Assembly (NCBI GenBank): GCA_050186295.1
Contig: JBFWYP010000001.1
Span: 70,069-134,068, forward strand
Length of the DNA stretch: 64,000 nt
From: Thermoanaerobaculia bacterium
GTDB taxonomy: Bacteria; Acidobacteriota; Thermoanaerobaculia; Multivoradales; JAGPDF01
Direction of reading: 5' to 3'
A model generated the notes under the pieces. It ran no database searches. It saw nothing but the letters and a program-made list of their open reading frames with translations, and had not been told where the DNA came from. Every line of letters starts with the position of its first letter. Position 1 is the stretch's first letter. Shown here piece by piece: positions 29,796 through 38,134 of the stretch. The translations under genes were made by a program, and so were the position numbers.

Positions 29796-30236
29796 TCAGA
29801 TTCCCCGCTCGGCGAGCTTCGCGAAGTCGTCGTCGGTGAACGGATGTTCTTCGAGGCGCTTCTCGAAGCGCTCGCGGTTCCACACCACGAGGTGATCGAT
29901 CCGCGCGGAGACCACCACTTCGCCGCTCATCCCGGCCGCAGAGCGCACGATCGGCGGCACCAGCAGCCGCCCCTGCGCGTCGAGACGCGCCTGCTGCCCG
30001 TAGTAGCTGACCCTCTCGAGGTAGCGCTCCTTGACCCGGTCGGTCGCCGGCAGGGAGGAGAGCCGCGACTCGATCTCCTCCCAGACGGGGACCGGATAGA
30101 TGAGCGCCTGCTCGCCGGAAACCGAGGTGATGAAGTAGTCGCTGCCGAATCGATCTTCGAGCGTCCGCCGGAAGTCCGTGGGGATCTTCAGACGCCCTTT
30201 TTCATCGATCGTCGCAACTGCGCTTCCTCGGAACAT
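29796..30236 (-). CDS. mraZ: Transcriptional regulator MraZ
   Basis: 146 aa with duplicated MraZ (DUF) domains: IDEKGRLKIP and a second half with DAQGRLLVP. Confidence 0.93.
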   Translation of the reverse strand: MFRGSAVATIDEKGRLKIPTDFRRTLEDRFGSDYFITSVSGEQALIYPVPVWEEIESRLSSLPATDRVKERYLERVSYYGQQARLDAQGRLLVPPIVRSAAGMSGEVVVSARIDHLVVWNRERFEKRLEEHPFTDDDFAKLAERGI

Positions 30237-30282
30237 GGCCCGCCCCGGAAGTTGTTGGGGTTACGAGGGCAATGTACAAGAC

Positions 30283-30316
30283 TGTTCCACTTTTGTCCAT
30301 TTTTTTCCACACAATC
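30283..30316 (-). promoter_or_regulatory. AT-rich dcw promoter region with three TGGA(A/C) direct repeats at 10-11 bp spacing (putative MraZ operator)
   Basis: The only low-GC stretch in the window. The minus strand reads GTGTGGAAAAAAATGGACAAAAGTGGAACAG, 45-80 bp upstream of the mraZ ATG. Confidence 0.5.
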
Positions 30317-30423
30317 GTCGGCACTCGACGACGCGCAGGGAAGGCGGAAGTGCAGCGTAATTTCAAGGAGCCCCGTCACGCGGCCCTGCGCGGCAGCGCC
30401 GCGACGTCGCCGCGGGAGCCGAC

Positions 30424-31539
30424 TCAGCGTCCGGGAGGCACCGGTGCCGTGATCGGCTCCATCGGCGGCGGGGAGGAGCTCGCTTCGCGCTTGGGAGCGA
30501 ACGCGGAGAGTGGATCGTTCTCGTCGGGAGCTTCGGTTTCGCGGAAACCCTCCGCCTCGGCGGGGATGTGCTCGACGATGTAGGCCGAGCGTTCGAGGTC
30601 GCCGAGGTACTTCTTCAACACTTCGTCGTGGCGACGCTCGCGCTCGCGCGCCTCGATCTCGGGCTTGACCTCGGTGTACGGTTTGAGACTGCTCTCGACG
30701 CGCTCCTCGACTTCCAGGAGGTGCAGGCCGCCGCGCCCTTCGACCGGGGCCGAGAGACCGCCCTGGGGAAGCGCCCAGACCGCGGTGTCGAGTCCCGGAG
30801 CCAGCTCGCCCGGCTCGACCCATCCGAGGTCGACCGGACCGGTCACACGGTCGCTGCCGAGCCGCTCCGCCGCAGCCTCCATCGTCTCGCCGTCGACGAT
30901 CGCCTGGCGCAGCGCCTCGGCGGCGGCGCGCGTTTCCGGTCCCGGCGTGCCTTCGCTCGGCACGACGAGCTCGCGCACCCGGACCCGCGCCGGGATCCGG
31001 AACTCGTCGGGATGCTCGCGGTAGTAGCGCTGCAGGAACTCGTCCTCGACGTTGATCTTCGGATTGACCTCGCGCTGGATGACCTGATTCGCTTTGATCG
31101 ACCGCGAAGTGCGATCGCGGTAGTCCTCGATCGTCATGTTGGCGTTGCGCAGGGCCGCTTCGAACGTCGCTTCGTCCGGAATTCCCATGCGCTGCCGCGT
31201 CGAGTCGATCGCTTCGTCGATCTCGCCGCGCGACGGCTCGATCACGAGCTGACGGGCGCGAGAGAGCAGCAAGAGCTCGTCGAGGATCTCGCGCATCGTC
31301 GCCCGCGGCGCCTCGCTCAGCATCTGTGCGCGCTCGTCCGGAGACAGCGTCTCGACCTCGCGGATCGCCGCGGTCCGCGCGTCCCGGCGCTCCCGGTACT
31401 CGACCGCGGTGGCGATCTCGTCGTTGACCCGGAGGACGATCGAGTTGAGCTCTTCCGCAGGCACCGGAGCGACGGCCCCGGTGGCGAGCAGGGTGGCAGC
31501 CAGGACCGCGCTGCGGATCCGTGTTTTCTCAAGGGACAT
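30424..31539 (-). CDS. SurA-like periplasmic chaperone / PpiC-type peptidyl-prolyl isomerase
   Basis: I trimmed to the ATG at 31539, giving the signal peptide MSLEKTRIRSAVLAATLLATGAVAP. The protein has a SurA_N-like region and a parvulin domain. Confidence 0.75.
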   Translation of the reverse strand: MSLEKTRIRSAVLAATLLATGAVAPVPAEELNSIVLRVNDEIATAVEYRERRDARTAAIREVETLSPDERAQMLSEAPRATMREILDELLLLSRARQLVIEPSRGEIDEAIDSTRQRMGIPDEATFEAALRNANMTIEDYRDRTSRSIKANQVIQREVNPKINVEDEFLQRYYREHPDEFRIPARVRVRELVVPSEGTPGPETRAAAEALRQAIVDGETMEAAAERLGSDRVTGPVDLGWVEPGELAPGLDTAVWALPQGGLSAPVEGRGGLHLLEVEERVESSLKPYTEVKPEIEARERERRHDEVLKKYLGDLERSAYIVEHIPAEAEGFRETEAPDENDPLSAFAPKREASSSPPPMEPITAPVPPGR

Positions 31540-32434
31540 GCGGAGGCCTCGAAATCGGGAAGGAGCCCCGGTAGCTGAAGGGCAGGTTTCGTTCGTACAC
31601 CTCGACAGTGTACCGGCTGCGGGCCGCTGCGGATAGCTCGGCGAGGGCGGCGTCGCCTGCCTCGCGGCGGAGGCGATCCTCGATCTCCGCACGCGCTTCG
31701 GCGAGATCGGGAGTGTGCGCCGGGAGGTGCCGGACCACCTGGAAGACGTGAAATCCGTACTCGGCGGTGACCACCGGACTCACGCCGCCGTCGGCGAGCC
31801 GGAAGACGAGATCGGCGAAGGCCGGCGGAAGATCGTCGCGGGCCAGCTCTCCCTGTTCGGCACCGATGGGCGCGCTCCCTTCCGGAGTCAGTCGCGCGAC
31901 GACATCGGAGAACTCCGCTCCGGCGATCAGCTCGCGACGTGCCCGCTCGGCGAGTGGGCGGTCCTCGACCAGGATCTGGCGCAACAGCACCCTCTCCGGT
32001 CGCGTGAGCTGCTCACGCTCCTCCTCGAACGCCTTCGCGATCTCGAGCTCGCCGGGCGGGCGCAGATTGATGCTCGCGAGCAGCGCGCCGATTGCCTCGT
32101 CCGCATCGCTGCCGGGCGTCGCGAGGCCACGCTCGCGAGCCAGCGTCACCAGGAGCTCCGCCTCGAGGAACTGATCGAAGAGCTGACTCAGCGCCGCGCT
32201 CGTCAGCGCGCCGAACGATTCGCTCGTGCCCGGCGCATTGGCGCGCTCGTCCGAGCCGCCGCTCGAGCCGACGTTGCGCTCGAGGTAGCGCTCGAACTGC
32301 GAGTACTTGAGCGTCCGCTCGCCGAGTTGCGCCACGGCATGGGGAGGCGGCAGCCTGGTCTCCCGCGCGCAGCCCGCCGACGCCAGGGCCGTGACGAGCA
32401 GGACGGGCAGCGTGCGGCGGAGTTCGCCGCTCAC
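31529..32434 (-). CDS. PpiC-type (parvulin) peptidyl-prolyl isomerase lipoprotein
   Basis: I trimmed the track ORF (to 35062) to the GTG at 32434, which overlaps the mfd stop as GTGA. Lipobox LASAGC and a C-terminal parvulin domain (GFHVFQVV). Confidence 0.7.
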   Translation of the reverse strand: MSGELRRTLPVLLVTALASAGCARETRLPPPHAVAQLGERTLKYSQFERYLERNVGSSGGSDERANAPGTSESFGALTSAALSQLFDQFLEAELLVTLARERGLATPGSDADEAIGALLASINLRPPGELEIAKAFEEEREQLTRPERVLLRQILVEDRPLAERARRELIAGAEFSDVVARLTPEGSAPIGAEQGELARDDLPPAFADLVFRLADGGVSPVVTAEYGFHVFQVVRHLPAHTPDLAEARAEIEDRLRREAGDAALAELSAAARSRYTVEVYERNLPFSYRGSFPISRPPHVP

Positions 32435-35400
32435 GACACGAGCTCCGCCAGGACCGCCTGTGCCAGCTCGACGACCGGAACCCCGGCCGGCAGATCGAGC
32501 GTCAGCACACCCGTGGGCGAGAACGCCGCGCCGGGGCGGCTGGAGACGAAGCGGATCAGGCGGTCGACGTCGATCCGCGTGTCGCGCCGCAGCCGGAACG
32601 TCAGCCGCCCGTCGCTCGCGCCGATCGCCTGCACGCGCAACGCCTCCGCGGCGCGCTTGAGAGCCACGACGTCGAGCAGCGCTTCGACCGGCTTCGGCGG
32701 CCGGCCGAAGCGGTCGGTGAGCTCGGCGAGCAGCTCCTCCCGCGGCAGCTCGGCGGCGGCGAGCTTGCGATAGATCTCCATGCGCAGGTTCTCGTCCTCC
32801 ACGTAGTCGCGCGGAATGGTCATGGCGAGCGGCAGATCGAGCGCCACCGATGGCCCTTCCTCCACCGCCTCTCCCTTGAGCTCGCGCACCGTCTCCTCGA
32901 GCATCTTGAGGTAGGTCTCGATGCCGAGCTCGGCGATGTGGCCGCTCTGCTCGGCCCCGAGGAGGTTGCCGGCGCCACGGATTTCGAGATCCCGTCCGGC
33001 GATCCGGAAGCCGGCGCCGAGCTCGGTGAACTCGCGCAGCGCTTCCAGACGGCGCCGGGCGTCGTCGGTGAGCGGCGCATCCGGCGGCACCAGCAGATAA
33101 CAGTAGCCGAGCTCGCGGCTGCGGCCGACCCGTCCGCGGAGCTGATAGAGCTGTGCCAGCCCGAACCGGTCGGCGCGGTGCACGAGCATCGTGTTGACGG
33201 TCGGAATGTCGATGCCGTTCTCGATGATCGTCGTCGCCAGGAGCAGGTCGTACTCGCGTGCGGTGAAAGCGTGCATCCGTCGGTAGAGCTCGCGCTCGTC
33301 CATCTGACCGTGCCCCACGACGACCCGCAGCCCCGGCACCAGCTCGCGCAGCGCCTCGGCCATGCGGTCGATCGATTCGACGCGGTTGTAGACGTAGAAG
33401 ATCTGCCCGCCGCGCCCGAGCTCGTACTCGATCGCCTCGCGGACGAGCTCGTCCGAGAACGGCAGCACGGCGGTCTCGATCGCCATCCGGTCCTTGGGCG
33501 GCGTCTCGATCACCGCCATGTCCCGCACGCCGGCGAGGGAGAGCTGCAGCGTCCGCGGCAGCGGTGTCGCCGACATGGCGAGGACATGGACGTTCTTCTT
33601 GAGCTGCTTCAGGCGCTCCTTCTGGGCCACCCCGAAGCGCTGCTCCTCGTCGACGATGACCAGTCCGAGGCGCTGGAACTCGATGTCCTTCGACAGCACG
33701 CGGTGCGTGCCGATCACGACGTCGACCTTGCCGGAGGCGATCCGCTCCTTGAGCTCCTTGAGGTCCTTCCCGACGCGCAGCCTGGAGATCCGTTCGATCG
33801 CCACCGCGAAGCCGTCGAAGCGCCGTTGGAAGACCTCGAGGTGCTGGTCGGCGAGGATCGTCGTCGGCGCGAGCACCGCCACCTGGAATCCCGAATCGAC
33901 GGCGCGGAACGCGGCGCGCATCGCCACCTCGGTCTTGCCGAATCCGACGTCGCCGCAGAGCAGGCGGTCCATCGGTTTCGACTGCGTCATGTCCTCGAGA
34001 ACGGTGGTGATCGCCTCCGCCTGGTCCGGGGTCTCGTCGTAGGGAAAGGCGGCGCCGAACTGCCGCTCGAGGTCGGTGTCGCCCGCGAGGATCGGCGCGC
34101 GCGCCAGCTGGCGTTCGGCGTAGAGCTTGAGGAGCTCTTCGGCCATGTCGCGGAGTCCCTTCTTCACGCGCGCCTTGGTCTTGTTCCAGGAAGTTCCGCC
34201 GAGCTGGTCGAGCCGCGGGCCGATCCCCTCGATGCCGCTGTACTTCTGCACCAGATCGAGCCGCGAAAGCGGCACCAGCAGCCGCCGGCCGCCGGCGTAG
34301 GCGATCTCCATCACCTCGCTTTCGGCGGTCTGTGGTGCGGCGAGGTCGCGCAGCGAAGAAGGCAGTCGCTCCCGGTCGGTCGCAGCTCCCACCGATCGCA
34401 GCGCCACGAACTGTCCGATGCCGTGATCGGCGTGCACGACGTACTCGCCGACCTTGAGATCGCGCAGGGTCGCGAGGAACGGGCCGAAGCGGCCGCGGCC
34501 CTTGCGTGCCACGCGCGACGCCAGACGCGGCAGGAGCTGCGTCTCGCCATAGACGGCGACCCCCGCCGCCGGCAGGCGGAATCCGCGCTCGATCTCGCCG
34601 CCGACGAGCTCGACCCCCTCGGGACCGACGGAGATCTCGCGGCCCTCGAGGAGCTCGACGAGCGCCGCGTGTCGTTCCCGCGGCGCCACGAGCAGCACGC
34701 GCTCGGACCGCGACCGGCTCGCCGCGACCTCCTGCGGAAACCGCGGCAGCTGTCCGTGGAAGAGCTCGGTCGCCTGCGCCACGAAGTCGACCGCCTCCGG
34801 ATCGCCGCCGAGCGGCAGGATCCGCGCCGCCGCACCCTCCACCAGCGAACGCACCGCCGCGGCGGGGTGCTCGAGGATCTCGGGTTCGAGCGCGAACCGC
34901 CGGTGTTCCCGGCGAGCCTCGAACTCGCCGTGCAGACGCTCCGCGTGGTGCTCCACCTCGCGCAGCAGGGCCGGCGGATCGAGCGCCACCCAGAGCGCGT
35001 CGGGCAGCAGCTCTCCGAGGGTTCGCGTCCGCGATGCGAGCAACGGCAGGAGATTCATCCATCCCGGGAATCCGTGTCCGCCGGCGAGCGTCGCGAGATG
35101 GTCCAGGGTCTCCCGCCCCGGCTCCTCTCCGACCAGTGTCACCAGGCGCTCCCCCAGGCGCCGGGCCGCCTCCTCGCCCTCGGGAAAGAGGGCGAGCGGC
35201 AGAACCGCGGCGCGCTCGAGCTCGGAGTGCGAACGCTGCGACTCGGTCTCGAAACGCCGCAGACTCTCGATCTCGTCACCGAACAGGTCGAGCCGCAGCG
35301 GCTCCTCCTCGCCCGCCGGAAAGAGGTCGAAGACGCCGCCGCGGACCGCGAAGTCACCCACCTCACCCACCAGGTCGACGCGCCGGTAGCCGAGGGCCGC

Positions 35401-35877
35401 GAGTCGCTCCGCCAGCCGGTCGAGCTCGACTGACGCTCCGCGCACGAGCTCGAGCGGCCGGAGACCCTCGGGATCCGGCAGGCGGCGGAACAGGGCGCGC
35501 GGCGTGACGAGAAGCGCACGCAACCTGCCGGCCAGCGCATCCGTCAGCGCCGTCACCTCCTGCGCGCGCACCGTGAGCGACGTCTCGGCTTCCTGGTACG
35601 GCGAGAGGGACGGCGACGAGAAGTATGCCCCGACCTCTTCCCCGGCCACGAGTCGCAACGACTCGAGCCAGGCGAGGGCATCCGATTCGTGCGGAACCAC
35701 GACCACGACCGGCGCACGGTCCTGCTCGGCGAGGAGGTCGAAGATCCAGGCCGCGGCCGCCGGCGGCAGACGCGTGGCGCACCCACCGTCGGCGGCGATC
35801 CGGGAGGAGAATGCGGTGAAGGCGGGACTTCGGGCGATCCGCAGGGAGAGTTCCCCCCACGGCTCGAGGCGCGTCAT
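32431..35877 (-). CDS. mfd: Transcription-repair coupling factor Mfd
   Basis: 1148 aa with a UvrB-like N-terminal region, an RNAP-interacting domain, superfamily-2 translocase motifs (GDVGFGKTEVA, DEEQRFG) and a TRCF C-terminal domain. Confidence 0.95.
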   Translation of the reverse strand: MTRLEPWGELSLRIARSPAFTAFSSRIAADGGCATRLPPAAAAWIFDLLAEQDRAPVVVVVPHESDALAWLESLRLVAGEEVGAYFSSPSLSPYQEAETSLTVRAQEVTALTDALAGRLRALLVTPRALFRRLPDPEGLRPLELVRGASVELDRLAERLAALGYRRVDLVGEVGDFAVRGGVFDLFPAGEEEPLRLDLFGDEIESLRRFETESQRSHSELERAAVLPLALFPEGEEAARRLGERLVTLVGEEPGRETLDHLATLAGGHGFPGWMNLLPLLASRTRTLGELLPDALWVALDPPALLREVEHHAERLHGEFEARREHRRFALEPEILEHPAAAVRSLVEGAAARILPLGGDPEAVDFVAQATELFHGQLPRFPQEVAASRSRSERVLLVAPRERHAALVELLEGREISVGPEGVELVGGEIERGFRLPAAGVAVYGETQLLPRLASRVARKGRGRFGPFLATLRDLKVGEYVVHADHGIGQFVALRSVGAATDRERLPSSLRDLAAPQTAESEVMEIAYAGGRRLLVPLSRLDLVQKYSGIEGIGPRLDQLGGTSWNKTKARVKKGLRDMAEELLKLYAERQLARAPILAGDTDLERQFGAAFPYDETPDQAEAITTVLEDMTQSKPMDRLLCGDVGFGKTEVAMRAAFRAVDSGFQVAVLAPTTILADQHLEVFQRRFDGFAVAIERISRLRVGKDLKELKERIASGKVDVVIGTHRVLSKDIEFQRLGLVIVDEEQRFGVAQKERLKQLKKNVHVLAMSATPLPRTLQLSLAGVRDMAVIETPPKDRMAIETAVLPFSDELVREAIEYELGRGGQIFYVYNRVESIDRMAEALRELVPGLRVVVGHGQMDERELYRRMHAFTAREYDLLLATTIIENGIDIPTVNTMLVHRADRFGLAQLYQLRGRVGRSRELGYCYLLVPPDAPLTDDARRRLEALREFTELGAGFRIAGRDLEIRGAGNLLGAEQSGHIAELGIETYLKMLEETVRELKGEAVEEGPSVALDLPLAMTIPRDYVEDENLRMEIYRKLAAAELPREELLAELTDRFGRPPKPVEALLDVVALKRAAEALRVQAIGASDGRLTFRLRRDTRIDVDRLIRFVSSRPGAAFSPTGVLTLDLPAGVPVVELAQAVLAELVS

Positions 35878-35956
35878 GCGTCGATTCTACCGGAGCCGGA
35901 CCGCTCCGCCCGGAGGCGCGACACGGCTGCCGACCCACCTCGCGGGGCGGTCGCAC

Positions 35957-35984
35957 GTCGCGAACGCTGTGGTAGCTTCGCGAC
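35957..35984. promoter_or_regulatory. Perfect 8 bp inverted repeat GTCGCGAA-N12-TTCGCGAC in the mfd/pntA divergent intergenic region
   Basis: Arms at 35957-35964 and 35977-35984. I have no functional assignment; it could be an operator or an RNA hairpin. Confidence 0.3.
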
Positions 35985-36155
35985 ATGCTCTGACCCGGGA
36001 AACCAGGCGATTCCGGAACGACTTTCCGGCGGCGCAGGCGCGGAACGACGGCGCACGGCCGGAGCGGACCGGTGCCGCCGCGGAGCAAGAGCGGACAGCA
36101 GGACCGACCGCCGGCGGCGCGATCCGCACCGCCGGTGCGAATCGCCGGAGGGTTC

Positions 36156-36437
36156 ATGACGTTCGTCACCGCGCTCACCGTCTTCGTCCTCGCGATCTAC
36201 GTCGGGGTCGAGGTCATCAACAAGGTCCCGCCGACGCTGCACACCCCCCTGATGTCCGGCTCGAACGCCATCTCCGGCATCACCATCGTCGGATCGCTGA
36301 TCCTCGCCGGCCAGCCCGACGTTCCCGAGCTCGTGCACGTCCTCGCCGGCGTTGCCGTCGCCTTCGCGACGGTCAACGTGGTCGGCGGGTTCCTCGTCAC
36401 CCACCGGATGCTCGGCATGTTCCAGAAGAAGCGCTGA
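36156..36437 (+). CDS. pntA: NAD(P) transhydrogenase subunit alpha part 2 (PntAB, membrane dII segment)
   Basis: MTFVTALTVFVLAIYVGVEVINKVPPTLHTPLMSGSNAISGI closely matches the small alpha-2 subunit. I trimmed the track ORF from 36072 to the ATG at 36156. Confidence 0.85.
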   Translation: MTFVTALTVFVLAIYVGVEVINKVPPTLHTPLMSGSNAISGITIVGSLILAGQPDVPELVHVLAGVAVAFATVNVVGGFLVTHRMLGMFQKKR

Positions 36438-36447
36438 GGACATCGCG

Positions 36448-38028
36448 GTGCAGACCCAGGATCTCCGCGAGCTCGCCTACCTCGTCGCCGCCGTCCTCTT
36501 CATCGTCGACCTGAAGTGGATGGCGCATCCGCGCACGGCGGTCCGCGGCAACTACGCCGGCGCACTCGGCATGTCGATCGCGATCGTCGCCACCGTCCTC
36601 GGTCAGTCGATGACCTGGAAGTACGTCCTGATCGGCGCCGGCGTGGGCACGATCGCCGGCTGGTTGATGGCAGCGAAGGTGAAGATGACGTCGATGCCGG
36701 AGATGGTCGGCATCCTCAACGGCTTCGGTGGCGGCGCCTCGGTCCTGGTCGGAGCCGCGGCGCTGGTCTCCGCCCAGCAGGCTCTCGCGTCGGGGAACGG
36801 CGCCGGTCTGCAGGAGGAGATCGCGATCGTCCTCTCCGCCCTGATCGGTTCTGTCACCTTCTTCGGCAGTTACGTCGCCTTCGGCAAGCTCGCCGAGTTC
36901 CTCGCCGTCAAGTGGAAGCTCAAGGGGTGGCAGAAGGCGATCAAGTACGGCTTCGCGGCGCTCACCGCGCTCGTCGGCGTCGGCTACGGTGTTTCCGCCG
37001 GACTGCTGGATCCCGCGACCGGCGCGAGCGACCGGCTGGTCGTCGCGCTCACCTGCCTCTCGTTCCTCTGCATCGCCGGACTCCTGACCCTGCGGCGGGA
37101 CCGCTTCCCGGGGATGAACGCCTGCAAGTGGCTTGCGGTGGCGGCGAGCCTCGCCACCGGCGTCCTGCTCGTCCTCGACCCCACCGACATCGCCCTCTAC
37201 TGGCTGCTCGCGGGCCTCTCCGGTCTGCTGGGCGTGCTGCTGACGATCTCGATCGGCGGCGCCGACATGCCGGTGGCGATCGCCCTCCTCAACTCCTACT
37301 CGGGCCTCGCCGGTGCCGCGACCGGCTTCGTCATCTCGAACACCGTGCTGATCGTCGCCGGCTCGCTGGTGGGCGCCTCGGGTCTCATCCTGACCAAGAT
37401 CATGTGCCGGGCGATGAACCGCTCGATGACCAACGTGCTGTTCGGTTCGATGGGACCGACGGCCGAGACGCCGGACGCCGAGGAGGTCTACCGCACCGTC
37501 AAGGCGACGTCGGCCGAGGAGATCGCCATCCTGCTCGACGGCGCCCAGCGGGTCGTGATCGTCCCGGGGTACGGCATGGCGGTCGCCCAGGCGCAGCACA
37601 CGGTGCGCCAGCTCGCCGGCCTCCTCGAAGAGCACGGGGCGAACGTCGAGTACGCGATCCACCCGGTCGCCGGCCGGATGCCGGGCCACATGAACGTGCT
37701 CCTGGCGGAGGCGAACGTCGACTACGAGAAGCTGCGCGAGATGGACGACATCAACGGCGAGATGGACCAGATCGACGTCGCAATCGTCGTCGGCGCCAAC
37801 GACGTGGTCAATCCGGTCGCCGAGACCGACCCCAAGAGCCCGATCGCGGGCATGCCGATCATCGAGGCGCACAAGGCGAAGACGGTGATCGTGATCAAGC
37901 GCAGCCTCTCTCCGGGCTTCGCCGGGATCCCCAATCCGCTCTTCGCGGCCGAGAACTGCCTGATGTACTTCAACGACGGCAAGAAGGCGATCCAGGACCT
38001 CATCACCGCGGTCAAAGAGTCGGCCTGA
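36448..38028 (+). CDS. pntB: NAD(P) transhydrogenase subunit beta PntB
   Basis: Multi-TM N-terminus and a C-terminal dIII NADP-binding domain (VVIVPGYGMAVAQAQH...GANDVVNP). The start is set to the GTG at 36448, just after the pntAB stop. Confidence 0.9.
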   Translation: MQTQDLRELAYLVAAVLFIVDLKWMAHPRTAVRGNYAGALGMSIAIVATVLGQSMTWKYVLIGAGVGTIAGWLMAAKVKMTSMPEMVGILNGFGGGASVLVGAAALVSAQQALASGNGAGLQEEIAIVLSALIGSVTFFGSYVAFGKLAEFLAVKWKLKGWQKAIKYGFAALTALVGVGYGVSAGLLDPATGASDRLVVALTCLSFLCIAGLLTLRRDRFPGMNACKWLAVAASLATGVLLVLDPTDIALYWLLAGLSGLLGVLLTISIGGADMPVAIALLNSYSGLAGAATGFVISNTVLIVAGSLVGASGLILTKIMCRAMNRSMTNVLFGSMGPTAETPDAEEVYRTVKATSAEEIAILLDGAQRVVIVPGYGMAVAQAQHTVRQLAGLLEEHGANVEYAIHPVAGRMPGHMNVLLAEANVDYEKLREMDDINGEMDQIDVAIVVGANDVVNPVAETDPKSPIAGMPIIEAHKAKTVIVIKRSLSPGFAGIPNPLFAAENCLMYFNDGKKAIQDLITAVKESA

Positions 38029-38134
38029 CAGGGGTTTCCACCCCGGCGAGAGCAGGCTCTGTGACGGCCGGCCGCGGCAGTTGCGCACGGCGCCAGTCCT
38101 GCTATTGTTTTTCTCCCTCACTAGGAGGAATTCC

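Noticed and set aside
38029-38060. GGGGTTTCCACCCC hairpin just after the pntB stop as a possible terminator
   Set aside because: Short 4 bp stem with no following T-tract. It does not meet intrinsic-terminator criteria; at most a weak structure.
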